In this document: positions 33,301 through 45,916 of the stretch, one piece after another
How positions within the stretch are numbered: position 1 is the stretch's first letter
Layout: each line of letters begins with the position of its first letter
Assembly (NCBI GenBank): GCA_012026655.1
Contig: JAAILG010001144.1
Location: forward strand, 1 to 64,000
DNA length: 64,000 nucleotides
Direction: 5' to 3'
From: Hydrolagus affinis
Taxonomy: Eukaryota
Notes under the pieces: model-generated
What the model saw: the letters and a program-made list of their open reading frames with translations, nothing else
What the model was told of the DNA's origin: nothing
Database searches by the model: none
Made by a program: the position numbers and the translations under genes

Positions 33301-36300
33301 TCTCTCATATTATAATCAAATATTGCTACTAAATTTGAAAAAGTAAATTATTTAGCTTAATTAAATTAGACATTCAAGAACACAAGAATTCCCTAGAAAA
33401 AAGGTACAGCTACAAAAAAAGTACTATTTAAACAGTGATGAAGATGCCGTTTTGTTTTAAAGAGTATAAATCCTTCATTGAGCTGAATGTTGTTCTGGGG
33501 CGTGGACTCACTTTCATATCCTTTTTTGATTTAGCAAAATGAAAAATACATTTTAACAGAAGTAGCATTCATAGAAAACATTTGTAGGATATAGCTGTAG
33601 TGATTCGATATTCCTCTCATATTGACCTTAACAGCTATGACACCAAATCATTTGAGGGAAATTGGAAATTTAAATTGTGTCATTGAAGGATGCAGTTTTA
33701 TATATAAAAAATATATATTTCAATAGAAATTGCAGTCATAGAAAACACTTGTCGGTGTAAAGGTTAAATGACAATCATACTGAAATATTTTGCTACAGCC
33801 AGTCTCAAAAGAAACCACAAAAAAATTGTACCTTTAAGCAGCTGATTCATTAGTGCACTATTTGGCCCTTTCTCAGAATTGTGTACTATAGCATTTGCTA
33901 TTCTCGTTAAGTGACCCATGTACCCTCTCCGTCTTCCACCTTCTGATCTGAAAAACAACAATTCAAATTCATTTACCAGACAAAAGTCTTCATAAACAAA
34001 CACAGGTACTCTAGGGGAGAAATAGACGGAAGACAAGAATATTCCACGAACGCAAGTGGCCAATTTTAAGTGGGTGAAGGGGCAGTCAGGTGTCACCTCT
34101 ACAATAAATGTGTGCTTCACTTCAGATATTATCTTTATGGACTCTATGCATTGAGTTTTACCAAGAAAACCAAATGTGGAAAATGTAAAGCATCAAAAAA
34201 CATCTTGGATGCCAGCGGAAAAAATAGCAACTTCTGCCTGTGGCTACAGGTTAATGATGCAGGTTATGAATGACAATTTGTATAACAATTTGTCATGAAA
34301 ATTTTTCTTTAATTTGCCATAAACAAAGCGTAAAATAACCCACAATAAAAACGTTTGCTTTGACAACCAAAGAAATCAAAATTCATAAGCCCTTTGTGAC
34401 AGATTCAGATCCCAGAAGAGGTGAATAAAGTAATCTTCTGTTATGGCAATAAGAAATAAACAGAAGTCGAAACAGTTGTCAATGTTCTTGAATAGCCATT
34501 TCAATATGGTTTGTCACTGATTAAATATGGTTTGTCACTGATTAAATTGTGGTAACAAGCTTGGAAAATATGCTTAAGATTTTAAATCAACAATGGTAGG
34601 CCATTTTAGTGCATTTGGTACAGGTCTTATACGTCATGAGGATATATATGAGGCTTCACAAGATATCGTAAAAGAGTGACAGTGCGCAGCCAATTTGCAC
34701 ACAGCAGTGTTCCAAAAACAATTTAATCCCCTTCACACAGGACAGTGCCTTGAAGTCTACACAGTGCCAGGGTTCAATCAATGATATTTCACTGCAACTA
34801 TATAGGCACTATATTTCATGACATGCTATACAAGTGTATGGTTTGACAGCCTGAACAGTATAAAGTATTTAAAAACAAATCATTGTTGTACCATATTACC
34901 ATAGGTGAGAAATATCAGTGATGAGGATTGGATTACCTTTTAGCAACCAGTCCTGGCCATTCTTATGATCTTAAGGTTACCTTTTATGTTTTGGACTCAA
35001 AAACAAATGATCCTGGTAACTGAAATAAGCCTCATCCAGGCGCATTGGGCCTCAACAACAGAAAAAGTCAGAAAAAGTCTGAGCTAGATTCAACCCAGGT
35101 ATAAAATGCTATGCCAATGTAAAAGAATCCCAGAGTGGTTTCTCGATGAAAACACTTTTCCATAATTTATACATGTAGCTATCATATTACTTTCAACTGT
35201 TCACTGCAAGCCTTGGAAGGCAGACAAATTAAACAGAATAAACCATAATGAGTTACTTACTGTTCTTTTTCATTACTTTCCCAAGCATCAAGTATTCTCT
35301 GAATTAATTGGCACTTTTGAAACAGCTACATAATGAAAAAGTGAGTAAATTATATATACATTATCTGTGTTTTATATATATATATATATACACACACACA
35401 CAGAGGAATTCAATTAAGTCGGACACATCGGGGACGGAAGCATTAACTATGGTTAACGCAAAGAAACACTTGTTTGTGTGATTCATGGTTCACTCAGTCA
35501 CATCCATTTTTACTAATCCGATAAAGTAACCAAGTAACCAAGAAGAAATCCAAGAAGTCGAAAGAAAATCCAATTCAAGGTAGTTGCACTTACATGTTTG
35601 ACTAATATGTTATCTCTGATAGTCTCTGGATTATCTTCAATGTTATTTTCTGTGCTGTCACCCTGACATGGAGGGCTTCCTAGGATCGTTGCAATACAAA
35701 TTTCTACTTGCACATGAAGGAAGTTATTCCAAATGTATCGAAAGTACATGTCCTTTGAAAGAGATTACAAATTAAATTTTTCACCAAATAGATAATGACA
35801 CTGCTTATTCTAGAACCACATTACAAGGCTTTCAAAATAAACAAATACTAAAACAAATTTCCATAGTTAGCTGCAAGTCTCATCCATTAGTTAATAGAAA
35901 AATCTAGCTTTCCAACATTTTCTGTTGTACAGTAGAAGCCCGTTTATCCGTGACTCAATGCACTGGTACTTCCGTATAACCGGCATGCCAAAAAAAGTCC
36001 CCATTCGATAAACCGGAACTTATCCAGAACAGCAGTGGAGCATTTGTAAATGCATAAATAATAACATAATATTGCATTGGCACTCACCATCAAAACTACT
36101 CTACTGCGCCCCCCACCCCCACTGGTAGATGCTGTGCTTGAAGCCATGATGCTGTGGTTGAGGTTTACAGTCGTGCTCCCAAAATGGAGCACGCCAAGTG
36201 GGTGAAAAAAACGGAGCGCGTATGATTTCAAAGTCATACTAGCGGCAAGTCGATAACCCACATTGTCGCGCAGGTGCAGTATTTTGGTTTGCCGCTAGTA

Positions 36301-39300
36301 GAGTCTAGGGCTTCGGCTTGCAGCTAGTAAAGTCGCGCAACTTTAAAATTGCTGCCGCTTCTTTCACCCGCCTGGCGTCCCTCATTCAAAAAAGAATCGT
36401 TGGACTGCAAACCCCAATCAGTAAAGGTGAGAAGCGCAAGTGAGTAGTTTTAACAATAAGTACCAATATAATATTGTTATTATCTGCTATTACCTAGTCT
36501 GGTGTGTATGGTGTGTATTAAAATAACTTTAAATTTTTTTGTGGTGGGTTTTCGGCTGTGGGCCACCCGAATATCCGGCAGGCGCTTTAACCGGCATTGG
36601 CCAGGTCCTGCGGGTGCCGGATAAATGGGCTTCTACTGTATCTTGTAAATCTAAAGAAAAAAATACATTCTAGTATCTTATGTCAAAAGATCTCAGGTCA
36701 GCAGATTACACAAACACAACCAAATGTTTCCATTTACATGCAGAAATAATTTCAATGAAGAGAGCCTCACCAATAACACATTGATAGTGTCAAGTTCTAT
36801 GAGCTCCACATTAATGCTATGTGTGTTCGTTTGCAGAAGGCTGGCTACAAGTCTGACGACATTTAAGCGAGTATTCCCCACCGGTGGGTCTAAAACTCCC
36901 CAGGTAGTTTTCATTGCAGTTTTCTATAAATGACACAAAATGGAATTAGCCAATACAACATATCAAACTATTTACATACACAAATATGGATGATACTTAG
37001 AAGCAACAAACAGGGTAGCCTCAACAGAATGCACCCAGTTTAACCACTGGTTAATTGTCTACTATGGTATTACATACACAGGAGCTCTCCCACCCAAAAT
37101 ATCTAATCAATCCATTTCACAGTATATCTGGTGAATCGCTTTGAGACTTCGACGATGTGATAAGATGCTACACTAAATGCAGGGATTATTATTACTATTA
37201 TTATTATTATGAGCATGGTATACCGAGCTTCCAGCACTCATGAGCCAGCTTTCCATATTAAAAATGGTCAAATTCCTGGTCATCAAATCCATCTGATGTT
37301 GCATCACAAACAAGGGCAAAAAGCATCACCTATTCCTTTTCCCACACACTGATGTCATTTGCTGCATGCTACACATGGACACTATGTGCAGGAAATGCTG
37401 ATATTGCATTTTATACCTGGGTTCAACCTTGCTCTAGATCCAAGTAATGTCAGTAGTGCTACTTGTGCACAATAAGTGACGTCAGCAGAATTTCCTGCGG
37501 ATAATGCACAACATGCAGGAAGTAGAGTCGATGGCAATCCAACAACCAAAAAATCAGCCATTTCTCCAGTCTCTACTGTGATACTGGAAACATTTCTCAT
37601 CTCATATTCGTTTATGGCTATAACAAAAACATACCGAGTATGGCCCGGACTGGCCGCCAGTAAAACATTAGAACAACAGGCAATTTCATATTACACAAAC
37701 TCGACTGTATTGTTGTAGTCAATAAAAATAGATTTAACTCATGATAATTTTTGGTCAATTCCAAATTTTTATATTTAAACAATTTCCATCCATTTAAAAG
37801 AAAAAGTGGTTTAATATTCAATATAGAATATGAAGAAAATCCTATCTCAAGTTAAACCCTGTCTTGAGCAAAGCAGGTCTGCATCACTGTGATAATGATG
37901 CTAAATTGCCAGTATGCCTGACATGGAGGGATAGACCTGTCTCAATGCTTTCCACTTGACCCTTGATAATGCTCCAAGCAATGCCCTAATGGTAGAGCAA
38001 ACGTAGCTGAACAAGCTTCTTATTTAAGATGTTCAGAACACAAAACACTCATTATTTATTCCGAATCCTTCAAATGTAAGTATTAGCCAGCACAGACAAT
38101 CATATCTCCAACCAAATTAACTTGGTTGCCTACAACCTGCCTCCTGCTCTCTATTAACCTTCAAGTTTTTTTTGTTATCTACCTCACATGTGGGTTGACA
38201 TGTGCAAGATCTGAAGTGCAAAAGCAGAAATTTAACTATAATGAAACTTTTAAAAAAAAATTAATCAGATGGCAGTCATATACAAAACTGACCCCTTAGA
38301 CAAAACAAACACTCCAAAATTGTTGAAATGGCAACAGTAAAGGAGGAGTTGATGGGAGGCAGGTTGTGGCCTTACTTTTGCTTTTGGCAGGAATCACAGA
38401 AATCACTAACTGGATTTACTGTTTCCAAATTCAGCAAACAAAATAAACTAGGTATGAGACAACTTAGTGAAGGCATCTGCCTCATCAGTTCACGTAACCT
38501 TTTGAAAAGAGGTAATGCTGCTAAACTGACAAAGTAGCTGGTTATCCTCATCTGCTCTACCATACTTCATGAATTGAGGCATTCAGCTTCCCTATCCAAT
38601 GGTACAGGATTGCCAAGACCTATGCTGAAACACAGTATGAGGAATGTCATGATGTGGAAATTTAATATTCAACAATGCTAAAAGTTACATGACAAAGGAA
38701 TAATATAGCTTTTGCATACAAGTCAAAAACATTGGTTTAAAACAGTTTGGATTTTACATACAAGCTCACCATTTAGAATCTTTGAATGTCTGAATAGAAG
38801 GCGGCAAGAGCAGTATAAACACCTATAGTTCAAGAAGAGCCTGATGTTTTATCTCCAGCGGTTCACAGGTAGTTCTGGAGTCAAATTGTTTCTGTAATAA
38901 TTCTGCTTCTGAGACAAAATATTTTGTCCTATGCAAGATAAACAGTTGTTTAGCTTGGTTTGCTTGTACTTTTCAGCTTTGAGTCGAAGGTTATTTTCAA
39001 AAGCTTACTTCCAGTGTACCTGGAGGTAGCAATTCAAGGAAAGCTATTTGGTTTTCATACTGATCTTTATAGTTTTTCAATAGTTTTGGTCAGATGGGTA
39101 TGCTGAATCCCATTACCATGCTCACAAGTGTCCAAACCAGACAGATTTCTACATGTGGAACACACCCTGCTTACCCAATTCCATAAAGTTGTTTAGCAAG
39201 AACCAAGGTTTGGGACCTGAGTGTTCATTGGAAGTTCAACCAGCTAAAAAAACAAAGTTTGCCACAGTTAACACCATCTGGAAAGGCTGCCCAGTTTTGA

Positions 39301-42300
39301 TCACTCTACCCACAGTTTGGGCTTGCAGGGTTAACTGGAGCAGAGTGGGAAGGAAGACTGTTTCAATCTCTGCTCCATCCTCATGCCCACGTCTCTAACA
39401 CATCTACCCACTGAGCAGTGGTTACAGAGAATCTCTAAAATCCAAACCCTGAATAAGTATCAATTTCTCAGGGTGACATCCAAAAAAATAAGAGGCAAGC
39501 TTCACACTCCTCAAAATTGAATATGAATAGAAGGTTGTTTCAGCAATGTATTGTGATTTGCTGGAAACAATATATGTAGTGCAGGCATGGTATTAAAAAA
39601 AATCAATTTGAAAAGAACCCTTAAGAAACCATTCCATCATACTGACATCAAACCTTTTTGGTTTGCCTCAAGTAAGAGGTTGTAGGATTTTGAGAAAATC
39701 AAAAAGGGCTACAACTTATGCAGCTTTTATAAAAACTTGGCAAAGTTTACAGTGGACCTGTAAGATCAGATTCATTACTCTTTCAATAAGGTCTTATTCA
39801 TTGTAAGATATAGTTTAAGCATTAATTGAAATTTTGAATTCCTTTTTAAGCAAGTGAACACTTTATGTATCACTAAAAACTGAAGTACTGGAAAACTCCA
39901 AGCAAGTCTCCCATACCTATGGACGTTTAGGCACAATTGAAGAGGTAAGTCTTCAGGTATAAACAATGACAAATTGTATTTATATTGTTTCTTTCACATT
40001 GAGAGGTGCTCAAGGGAGAGCAAGGCAGAACGACTGAAACAGGCAGGTTTGAGGGTGAGTGGCTAATTTCCATGTATGATGCAGTTGATAATCAAATTTA
40101 ATTCACTGTATTGAGCAATGGAAACCATTGAGCATGATCAGAGCAGTTGCATCAGAGGTAGTTTGTAGCAAAACCATTTTAAAGTTGGAAGACATTCCAG
40201 AAACAAAATAAACAGTTAATTATAAAAGTATTGTAAACCAGTAAATCTAATTTACCTTAGGGGGTTCAAGCAAAAGTTGATGGAAGTCTTTAAGTCTCTG
40301 TCTAATTGCTTGTAATGTGCTGTTGCTCACAGAAAAGGCTGTGTGATTCATACCAGATGGACAAATTTCTAACTGGCCTTCAAAGCTGGAAAATACAAAT
40401 GAAAATGCGTTTTGCATTATAACTCTGCTACAGTAATTTTGCACATCTCTTGTCATGCAGTAAGGCAATTGCATATTTTTGACAAATATTAAGTGCCACG
40501 TGGCTTTAGTATTAAATTTCAGATTTTGAAGAAAGCAATTTAAATAATTTCTACTTACGCAGGTCTTCGAGTCTCCAGTAAAGTCAACAATATTTGGATA
40601 CTGTTTACAATTGCCGATTCATTCTTCTCCTTATCAAAAACATTTGACAACAAGATTTCTAATGTTTCTTCCCTTAAAAAAAGGATAGTTTAATATATTA
40701 CACAATTCATCACCTGTAAAATAACTAGTCTCATCTACTAGATATTCAGCAGACAGGGTTAGCTTTTCCCTCATCCACATTTCAGGACACCATGATCTAC
40801 AATTCCACATATCAATTTATATTAACTTCCATTAAAGCTGAAACTTAAATAATTTGTTCAAAACAAAGTGTTTACTTCTCTATAGTTGACAGAAGCGGAT
40901 CTGGTTCTGGACAACCCTGCATTTGAATCATCTGGTCTCTGCTAAGTCGGATGATTTCACACAATGATTGCGATGCATTTGAGTGCCTCTGAAGAAAACC
41001 AAAATGTGTTAAATATAGTCATTTATTTTCAGTATTTTTTTTAAAACTTAATGGTATGAAGTAGAACAAAGGAAATATAAATGTTAGTCTTTTTACCTAA
41101 AATTAATTATTGAAGTTAACAAATTGCATTTACATAGCCATCGGCACTCTTCATCTTGGTGCGCTGAACAATAGCAGAGTTTGACACTGCGACAGGGAGA
41201 ATTGGGAGCTGATTTTTAGAGGGAAATCTTTAGGTACGATTTGCAGAGAGGTAAACCACGACAAATTGCATTTATATTGTGTATTTCATGTTGAGCGGAT
41301 GTTCTAAGGCGCTCGAGGGAAGACAAGGCAGAATGACCGAAACAGACAGATTTGGGGTTTAGTGGCAAAAGGTGCAAGCCACAAGTGACAAAGTTTTTTT
41401 AATTAAATATTGTGGAGTTGTGCCAGTATTGTAGTCTTACTATTCCTTATGTGCTATTAGTTGCCAGCAGCAAAGTATACATATACTCACATCATCATCC
41501 TGAGATGGGTGTATCATATCTATTAGTTTTTGAATAATTTTTTCCTCATTCAACCACTGCAAAAATATTTTAAAAAACAAGCAGTAAATCTCAAAGCAAA
41601 CTGGAATGATGAAGATCACTGAACGATTTTCAATCAGAGACTTTCTTTGTTGCAATTCATAATTTAACTTTCAAACTAGGAATATGCAGCTCTTGGATTT
41701 GTTCCCAAAAAGCATTTCTCCAAACAGACTAGCACAATAGCAACAAAATTACATTTGTATAGCACCTTTCACTTTGGGAGGACCACCAATACTTTAGTTT
41801 TACAATGACAATAATTTAGCTATGGATTCCATAAGCTTATTTTAAGCAAAAAATAACATAACTCTACTTGTCTTATGGAGGTAGGGAGCCAAAATTTCTC
41901 TACTTACATTTAAAACATCCTGCCTCAGCTGCGGTGATTCAATACATGTCAACAGCCTAAGTAACAAATCCATGAGTGCTGAGGTCCCTATGTGTTTCAA
42001 CATCAAACCTACAAATGCGTCTTTCTTCCGTAAAAACTCAATGATCTGCAAAATAAGATTATATTAAAAAAAGCCGTTCAAAATTTGGAATAATTCTAAA
42101 TAGAAATCTCATTAATCCGTTACTAATTAAGCACCTATTTTGAGAAGGAATTATTCTGCAGTGTCTCCATTACTACTTCACAGAGTATTCTTATTAAGCA
42201 ATCATTAATAAGCAGATACACAGCACTTCCAACCAAAGGAAAACGCAAGAATAAACCTTTTCATTCATCACAGGAATCATCGACAATGTACATTTCAGTC

Positions 42301-44601
42301 CATTAAAAATTTTAAGTCCATGTGAACAAATCCCAAAGCAAGAAAAAATATTCAGATTAACAATTAGATTTTTTTTTAAAGTGCACAAAATAAACATTCT
42401 GGATTGAATTGGGCTACTTCTATTTTGACTAAAGGCTAAAACACTAAAATATTAAGAAAATTTAGAATTGCGTGGGATTGAGTGGAGGGGAAGAAGAGGA
42501 AGTGACTTTACAAATATTTGTTTTCTCCCACACTTGTGAAAGCATTTCTCAAGCCATCAAAAACCTTTTTCATCAGAATTTATGGAAAAAAACATTAGTA
42601 AACTGCTCAGAGAGTACAAACATTAATTTAGAGTTTGTGACTAACTCTTCACCAGCCTATAGTTTTAAAGTGTATAAAAATGGACAAGCATGCAGGGAGT
42701 AACATCGGTCACAACCTTGATGTCAGAAGGCAGATGTGTGTTAGTTTAGGCAAGTCTATACCAGAAACTGGTGTATTATGTTTCTGGGTAGAATGGATCC
42801 ACAGTAGAATAGGGTTCTGAGGAAACCCATACTTAACTAGGAATTCGAGCACATTCTGCAAGGGTTTCATTGGATAATATGTACTAATGAATTTAGATTA
42901 TCGTTTACTTCTAATTTGTTGAAAAGCCAGGATTGATACACATAAAATACAAGTAACAGATGATCAGCTGAATTTTCAATAATTTCCATTCCATGTTACT
43001 CATGAATACAACTTAAAAAAACAAAACCATTCATGGTTTTAAGCCACTTCCCATAGAATCTCCTACATTAGAAATCATGCATTCAAAAGCTATTTGCACC
43101 TACCTGTCCTGGTTTCCTGCTGATAAGAATGCTTAACACCTTGCTGAAGAAACTGGCCAGTAAGGGGTTAAGGGGTGGCTCATTATGCAAAAAAGTATAT
43201 AACCGAGATAACAAAGGCTCATCTTCTCCCAATCGGTCATTTATCTGGTCTACATCTGAAGTAAGGAGTTCACACGATATGTTGGGATACCTGAAATGAA
43301 TAGCAGCATTTTACAGACAGCGGTGGCTTTAGTTTATATAAACCATAATATTTGGGAATATTTAATTTGCAAAATCTGAAAATATCCTGATTTCAGCCCA
43401 TATTCATAAAAGCACAAAGAAAAAATGCTTGGCCCATTTTATCTCATCCTTCTAGAATACCAACTCTCCCATCTTCCCATTATTGCATCAAGTCAAGTCA
43501 GATTGTGATGTTAATGTGGTACATAATCATCACAATCTCTACCACCCTTTCTGGTAACCCTGTCAGTTTTTGATTACCCTGCATGCAAAAAATACTTTGT
43601 GGAGTCAATGCTGAAATTGCTCTTTGCAACCTGAACCCATTGTCTTCTTGTCAAACAATTCAACTTTATCCACAATTGGAATGTGGTACAAAAACAAAAA
43701 AATTAAACTATCTACTAGAATTCTCAGTTTTGGCCACTATTACATGTAATGCAAATTTGTGATGAGGAAAAGCACTGTGTTTACAAAACGCTCCGCCCTT
43801 AACATACATACAGTCTCTTGTGACAGTTTTAATTTTAACTGATAATCATGAGATTGAATATTCATTTTTTTTTAAATTCCTTAAATTGATTCAACCATAG
43901 CTCCAAAGCTACCACCCTTCAACTTGAATGTGCTCTGCAAGACTACAACAACAACAACAACAAATTACATTTATAGAGCGCCTTTCACGTCGGGAGGACG
44001 TCCCAAGGCGCTGCACTAATATTGCTATTTACAAGGACAATAGTACTAGATGATTTTTTTCCCCTCAGTTGAACCCTATTATAATTTTCCAATCAGTAAG
44101 TTAACGATGTACCAATCTCTGGTCAGTGCTTCCACATTCACTCCACAGTGTGCAGGAAGTAACTTCAGCAATGATCAGATGTTCCAGACATGGGCAAATA
44201 ATTTTTAAAAGCAAAAAGTGCTACATTACTCATGCTGTACAACACAACATTTACAACCTCTACATTACTATTTAGCAAGCTGCAGTCTTTAAAGAATAAA
44301 ATCGTACAGATGGTTCACACATGGCTGATATCATTTGAAAGACATTTCCTGTAAACGGGTTAATAATTTCTCACTTGTATTTCATCTTTTCATCCATTTC
44401 TTCTGGTGGTTCCTGGGTGATGTATGTGACCAGATCCTCCATACTCTGTGATCTAACCAGAAAGTCCAACAGTTTACGGTTCTGAGCTTTACATTCTTGT
44501 AAAACATCTTCTTCATCCATTAACTCTGTGAGCGTCACATCTTCCTTCTCCAGAAGTGTGTCTATATGCGATGACGTGTGAAGATCAAACTTCCAAAACA
44601 T
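18307..44601 (-). CDS. PPP6R3: Serine/threonine-protein phosphatase 6 regulatory subunit 3 (SAPS domain), complete multi-exon CDS of about 927 aa including the microexon
   Basis: 24 exons traced with consistent phases from [24 protein letters not shown]... through [37 protein letters not shown] and [18 protein letters not shown] to SVNGPA*. The C-terminal motifs point to R3 rather than R1/R2. Confidence 0.96.
20953..21275 (-). mobile_element. Full-length tRNA/Deu SINE
   Basis: On -: GGCTCAGTGGTTAGAGC A box, GTTCGAATCC B box, core, and (TAT)n tail. Confidence 0.88.
21435..21524 (-). CDS. PPP6R3: PPP6R3 coding exon 22
   Basis: caacag|C TTG AAG...GCC AA|gtaagc; [30 protein letters not shown]; phase 2/2. 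Confidence 0.82.
22055..22174 (-). CDS. PPP6R3: PPP6R3 coding exon 21
   Basis: [40 protein letters not shown]; AG/GT. Confidence 0.9.
22205..22257. repeat. 21-bp tandem repeat x2.5 (CTGAAAATGTTGATCAAACAG)
   Basis: Perfect copies at 22205 and 22226, partial at 22247. Confidence 0.95.
22544..22561 (-). CDS. PPP6R3: PPP6R3 18-nt alternative microexon, (R)VLKSY(R)
   Basis: ctttctctttctctcgtgcttgtggcttcag|AGTGTTGAAATCCTATCG|gtatgt; phase 2/2, frame preserving. Confidence 0.85.
23075..23335 (+). mobile_element. tRNA/Deu SINE, 5' partly truncated
   Basis: gacctgggttcac...ttgggcaagtttccttactc...agcgctacaccaaatgc. Confidence 0.82.
24280..24460 (-). mobile_element. SINE 3' half
   Basis: Same family. 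Confidence 0.75.
24513..24708 (-). CDS. PPP6R3: PPP6R3 coding exon 20
   Basis: [65 protein letters not shown]; AG/GT (5' boundary less certain). Confidence 0.88.
25475..25575 (-). CDS. PPP6R3: PPP6R3 coding exon 19
   Basis: [33 protein letters not shown]; AG/GT. Confidence 0.92.
26232..26385 (-). CDS. PPP6R3: PPP6R3 coding exon 18 (NAGNAG acceptor, alternative start 26382)
   Basis: (A)[51 protein letters not shown]. Confidence 0.92.
27213..27340 (-). CDS. PPP6R3: PPP6R3 coding exon 17 (probable GC donor)
   Basis: [42 protein letters not shown]; the phase-1 donor is G|gcaagt. Confidence 0.88.
27741..27871 (-). CDS. PPP6R3: PPP6R3 coding exon 16
   Basis: [44 protein letters not shown]; AG/GT. 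Confidence 0.95.
28678..28732 (-). CDS. PPP6R3: PPP6R3 coding exon 15
   Basis: [18 protein letters not shown]; AG/GT. Confidence 0.94.
29859..29956 (-). CDS. PPP6R3: PPP6R3 coding exon 14
   Basis: [33 protein letters not shown]; AG/GT. Confidence 0.96.
31222..32050 (-). mobile_element. SINE (31222-31382 and 31857-32050) split by an inserted L2 3' fragment (31383-31848)
   Basis: The SINE tail/core and the tRNA head flank an L2 fragment with a (CAA)n tail. CAAATTAT is duplicated on both sides. Confidence 0.75.
32416..32502 (-). CDS. PPP6R3: PPP6R3 coding exon 13
   Basis: [29 protein letters not shown]; AG/GT. Confidence 0.94.
33098..33183 (-). CDS. PPP6R3: PPP6R3 coding exon 12
   Basis: [29 protein letters not shown]; AG/GT. 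Confidence 0.95.
33832..33947 (-). CDS. PPP6R3: PPP6R3 coding exon 11
   Basis: [38 protein letters not shown]; AG/GT. Confidence 0.96.
34503..34547. repeat. 21-bp perfect tandem duplication (AATATGGTTTGTCACTGATTA)
   Basis: Two identical adjacent copies. Confidence 0.95.
35261..35325 (-). CDS. PPP6R3: PPP6R3 coding exon 10
   Basis: [22 protein letters not shown]; AG/GT. Confidence 0.95.
35594..35752 (-). CDS. PPP6R3: PPP6R3 coding exon 9
   Basis: [28 protein letters not shown]...RDNILVKH; AG/GT. Confidence 0.95.
35930..36638. mobile_element. Non-autonomous Tc1/mariner (pogo/Tigger-type) DNA transposon, 709 bp
   Basis: TA|CAGTAGAAGCCCGTTTATCCG ... CGGATAAATGGGCTTCTACTG|TA gives 21-bp TIRs (1 mismatch) and a TA target duplication. 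CpG-rich interior. Confidence 0.92.
36771..36923 (-). CDS. PPP6R3: PPP6R3 coding exon 8
   Basis: [51 protein letters not shown]; AG/GT. Confidence 0.95.
40256..40385 (-). CDS. PPP6R3: PPP6R3 coding exon 7
   Basis: [43 protein letters not shown]; AG/GT. Confidence 0.95.
40559..40672 (-). CDS. PPP6R3: PPP6R3 coding exon 6
   Basis: [38 protein letters not shown]; AG/GT. Confidence 0.95.
40876..40988 (-). CDS. PPP6R3: PPP6R3 coding exon 5
   Basis: [38 protein letters not shown]; AG/GT. Confidence 0.95.
41491..41556 (-). CDS. PPP6R3: PPP6R3 coding exon 4
   Basis: [22 protein letters not shown]; AG/GT. Confidence 0.95.
41908..42045 (-). CDS. PPP6R3: PPP6R3 coding exon 3
   Basis: [46 protein letters not shown]; AG/GT. 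Confidence 0.96.
43104..43290 (-). CDS. PPP6R3: PPP6R3 coding exon 2
   Basis: [62 protein letters not shown]; AG/GT. Confidence 0.96.
44375..44601 (-). CDS. PPP6R3: PPP6R3 coding exon 1 (exon begins 44607)
   Basis: cag|TGCATC ATG TTT TGG...TAC AA|gtgaga; 227 coding nt. Confidence 0.96.
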
Positions 44602-45394
44602 GATGCACTGATTCAGAAGAAAATGAAAAGTGTCACGATGATTACAGCTGATAATGTCAAAAAATATGGGGAGAGGGAAGAACAAAGATTTTAAGCACAT
44701 TAGAAAGCAGAATATTCCACCTCTGGCTCAATTGTTAAATCCACAACTCAGAGCAATACCAAGCCAAATATCAGAAAGATTCAATTTTCAGTCCTTATGT
44801 ATAAAGTTCACTGATTTCAGTCAAATAGGAAATATCCTGGTCACTTTCAATTGCCTCCAAATGAGACTTGAGGGGGAAAAATAGTCAGCCTTTTCACTAT
44901 CATCAGCCAGTGACTTCCCTCTGCTGGAAGTTTTGTACATCTGTCAATGACATTGGGAAAGCATGTGATTGGGCTCAGCTGTGATGTAAAAAAAATGTTC
45001 TTGATGTTTGTCCTAGGTTTGTCCTTCACAAACAAACATGTGCCTCTTTTCTGCTGCATTGACATATCTGAAAGTAACCAAAGGCTTTGTTTTGAATTTA
45101 CCTCCTCTTATCACATCAAGTTCAGTCCCTTATGTTCGTACCTCTATAAAAATCCCCCTGAGAAATCCCTTTCAAGTCTTAACAGCCCTAGTTTATAGTC
45201 CTTAAAGTGAGATACAAATGTGTGTTATGTTAAAACAACTTTTTATAACTTCCAATTTTGAATATTAAACAGGACTAAGATTCTCTAAGGTATACAATAG
45301 CTACCCTCTTAATGAAAAAAACATAAATCAGCAGTCACTTCTAAAATATTCACTGGTTAAAACATTTATAGTGTTCTTTTTCAAAAAAAATCCT

Positions 45395-45916
45395 AATAAT
45401 AACCCCTGCATTTGATACAACAGCTTATCACGTGATCAAGACATCTCAAAGCGCTTCGCAGGATATACTGTAAAGTGGTTTAACAGTGTATTTTGTGGGT
45501 GAAACATGGCAGCCAGTTTGATCGCAAGTCCTAATAGCAAACCTTGATTTATCGATTAGATTAATGTTTAACTTCAAGCTTGATGTAAACTAAGTTTTCT
45601 TTAAAAAAAATTACATTTTTAAAAAAAAGATTATGGTTGTTTGCAAAGAACTGAAACAAGTTCCTTGGTCCTGCTGTGATAGTAAGCATGGAATAAGTTA
45701 GCAAATAGAACCATTTACACTATATATATATATGTGTTTTTGAAAAGTGAACCAGGACAATGACATGCCGGCTGCAAAAGCTATTCACATTAATATTATT
45801 CTCAATATATTCAATCGCAACAGAAAAATAATAATCCTTGCATTTATTATAGCGCCTTTCATGTCTTCTAGACGTCTCAAAGCACTTCACAGAATATTCT
45901 GTAAAGTGAATTGACT
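45395..45916 (-). mobile_element. Two SINE 3' fragments (45395-45520, 45828-45916)
   Basis: taataatccttgcattt...agcgcc...gacgtctcaaagcacttcacagaatat. Confidence 0.75.

Noticed and set aside
43759-43842. C/D box snoRNA (GTGATGA...CTGA)
   Set aside because: It is antisense to the host gene, with no convincing terminal stem or rRNA guide.
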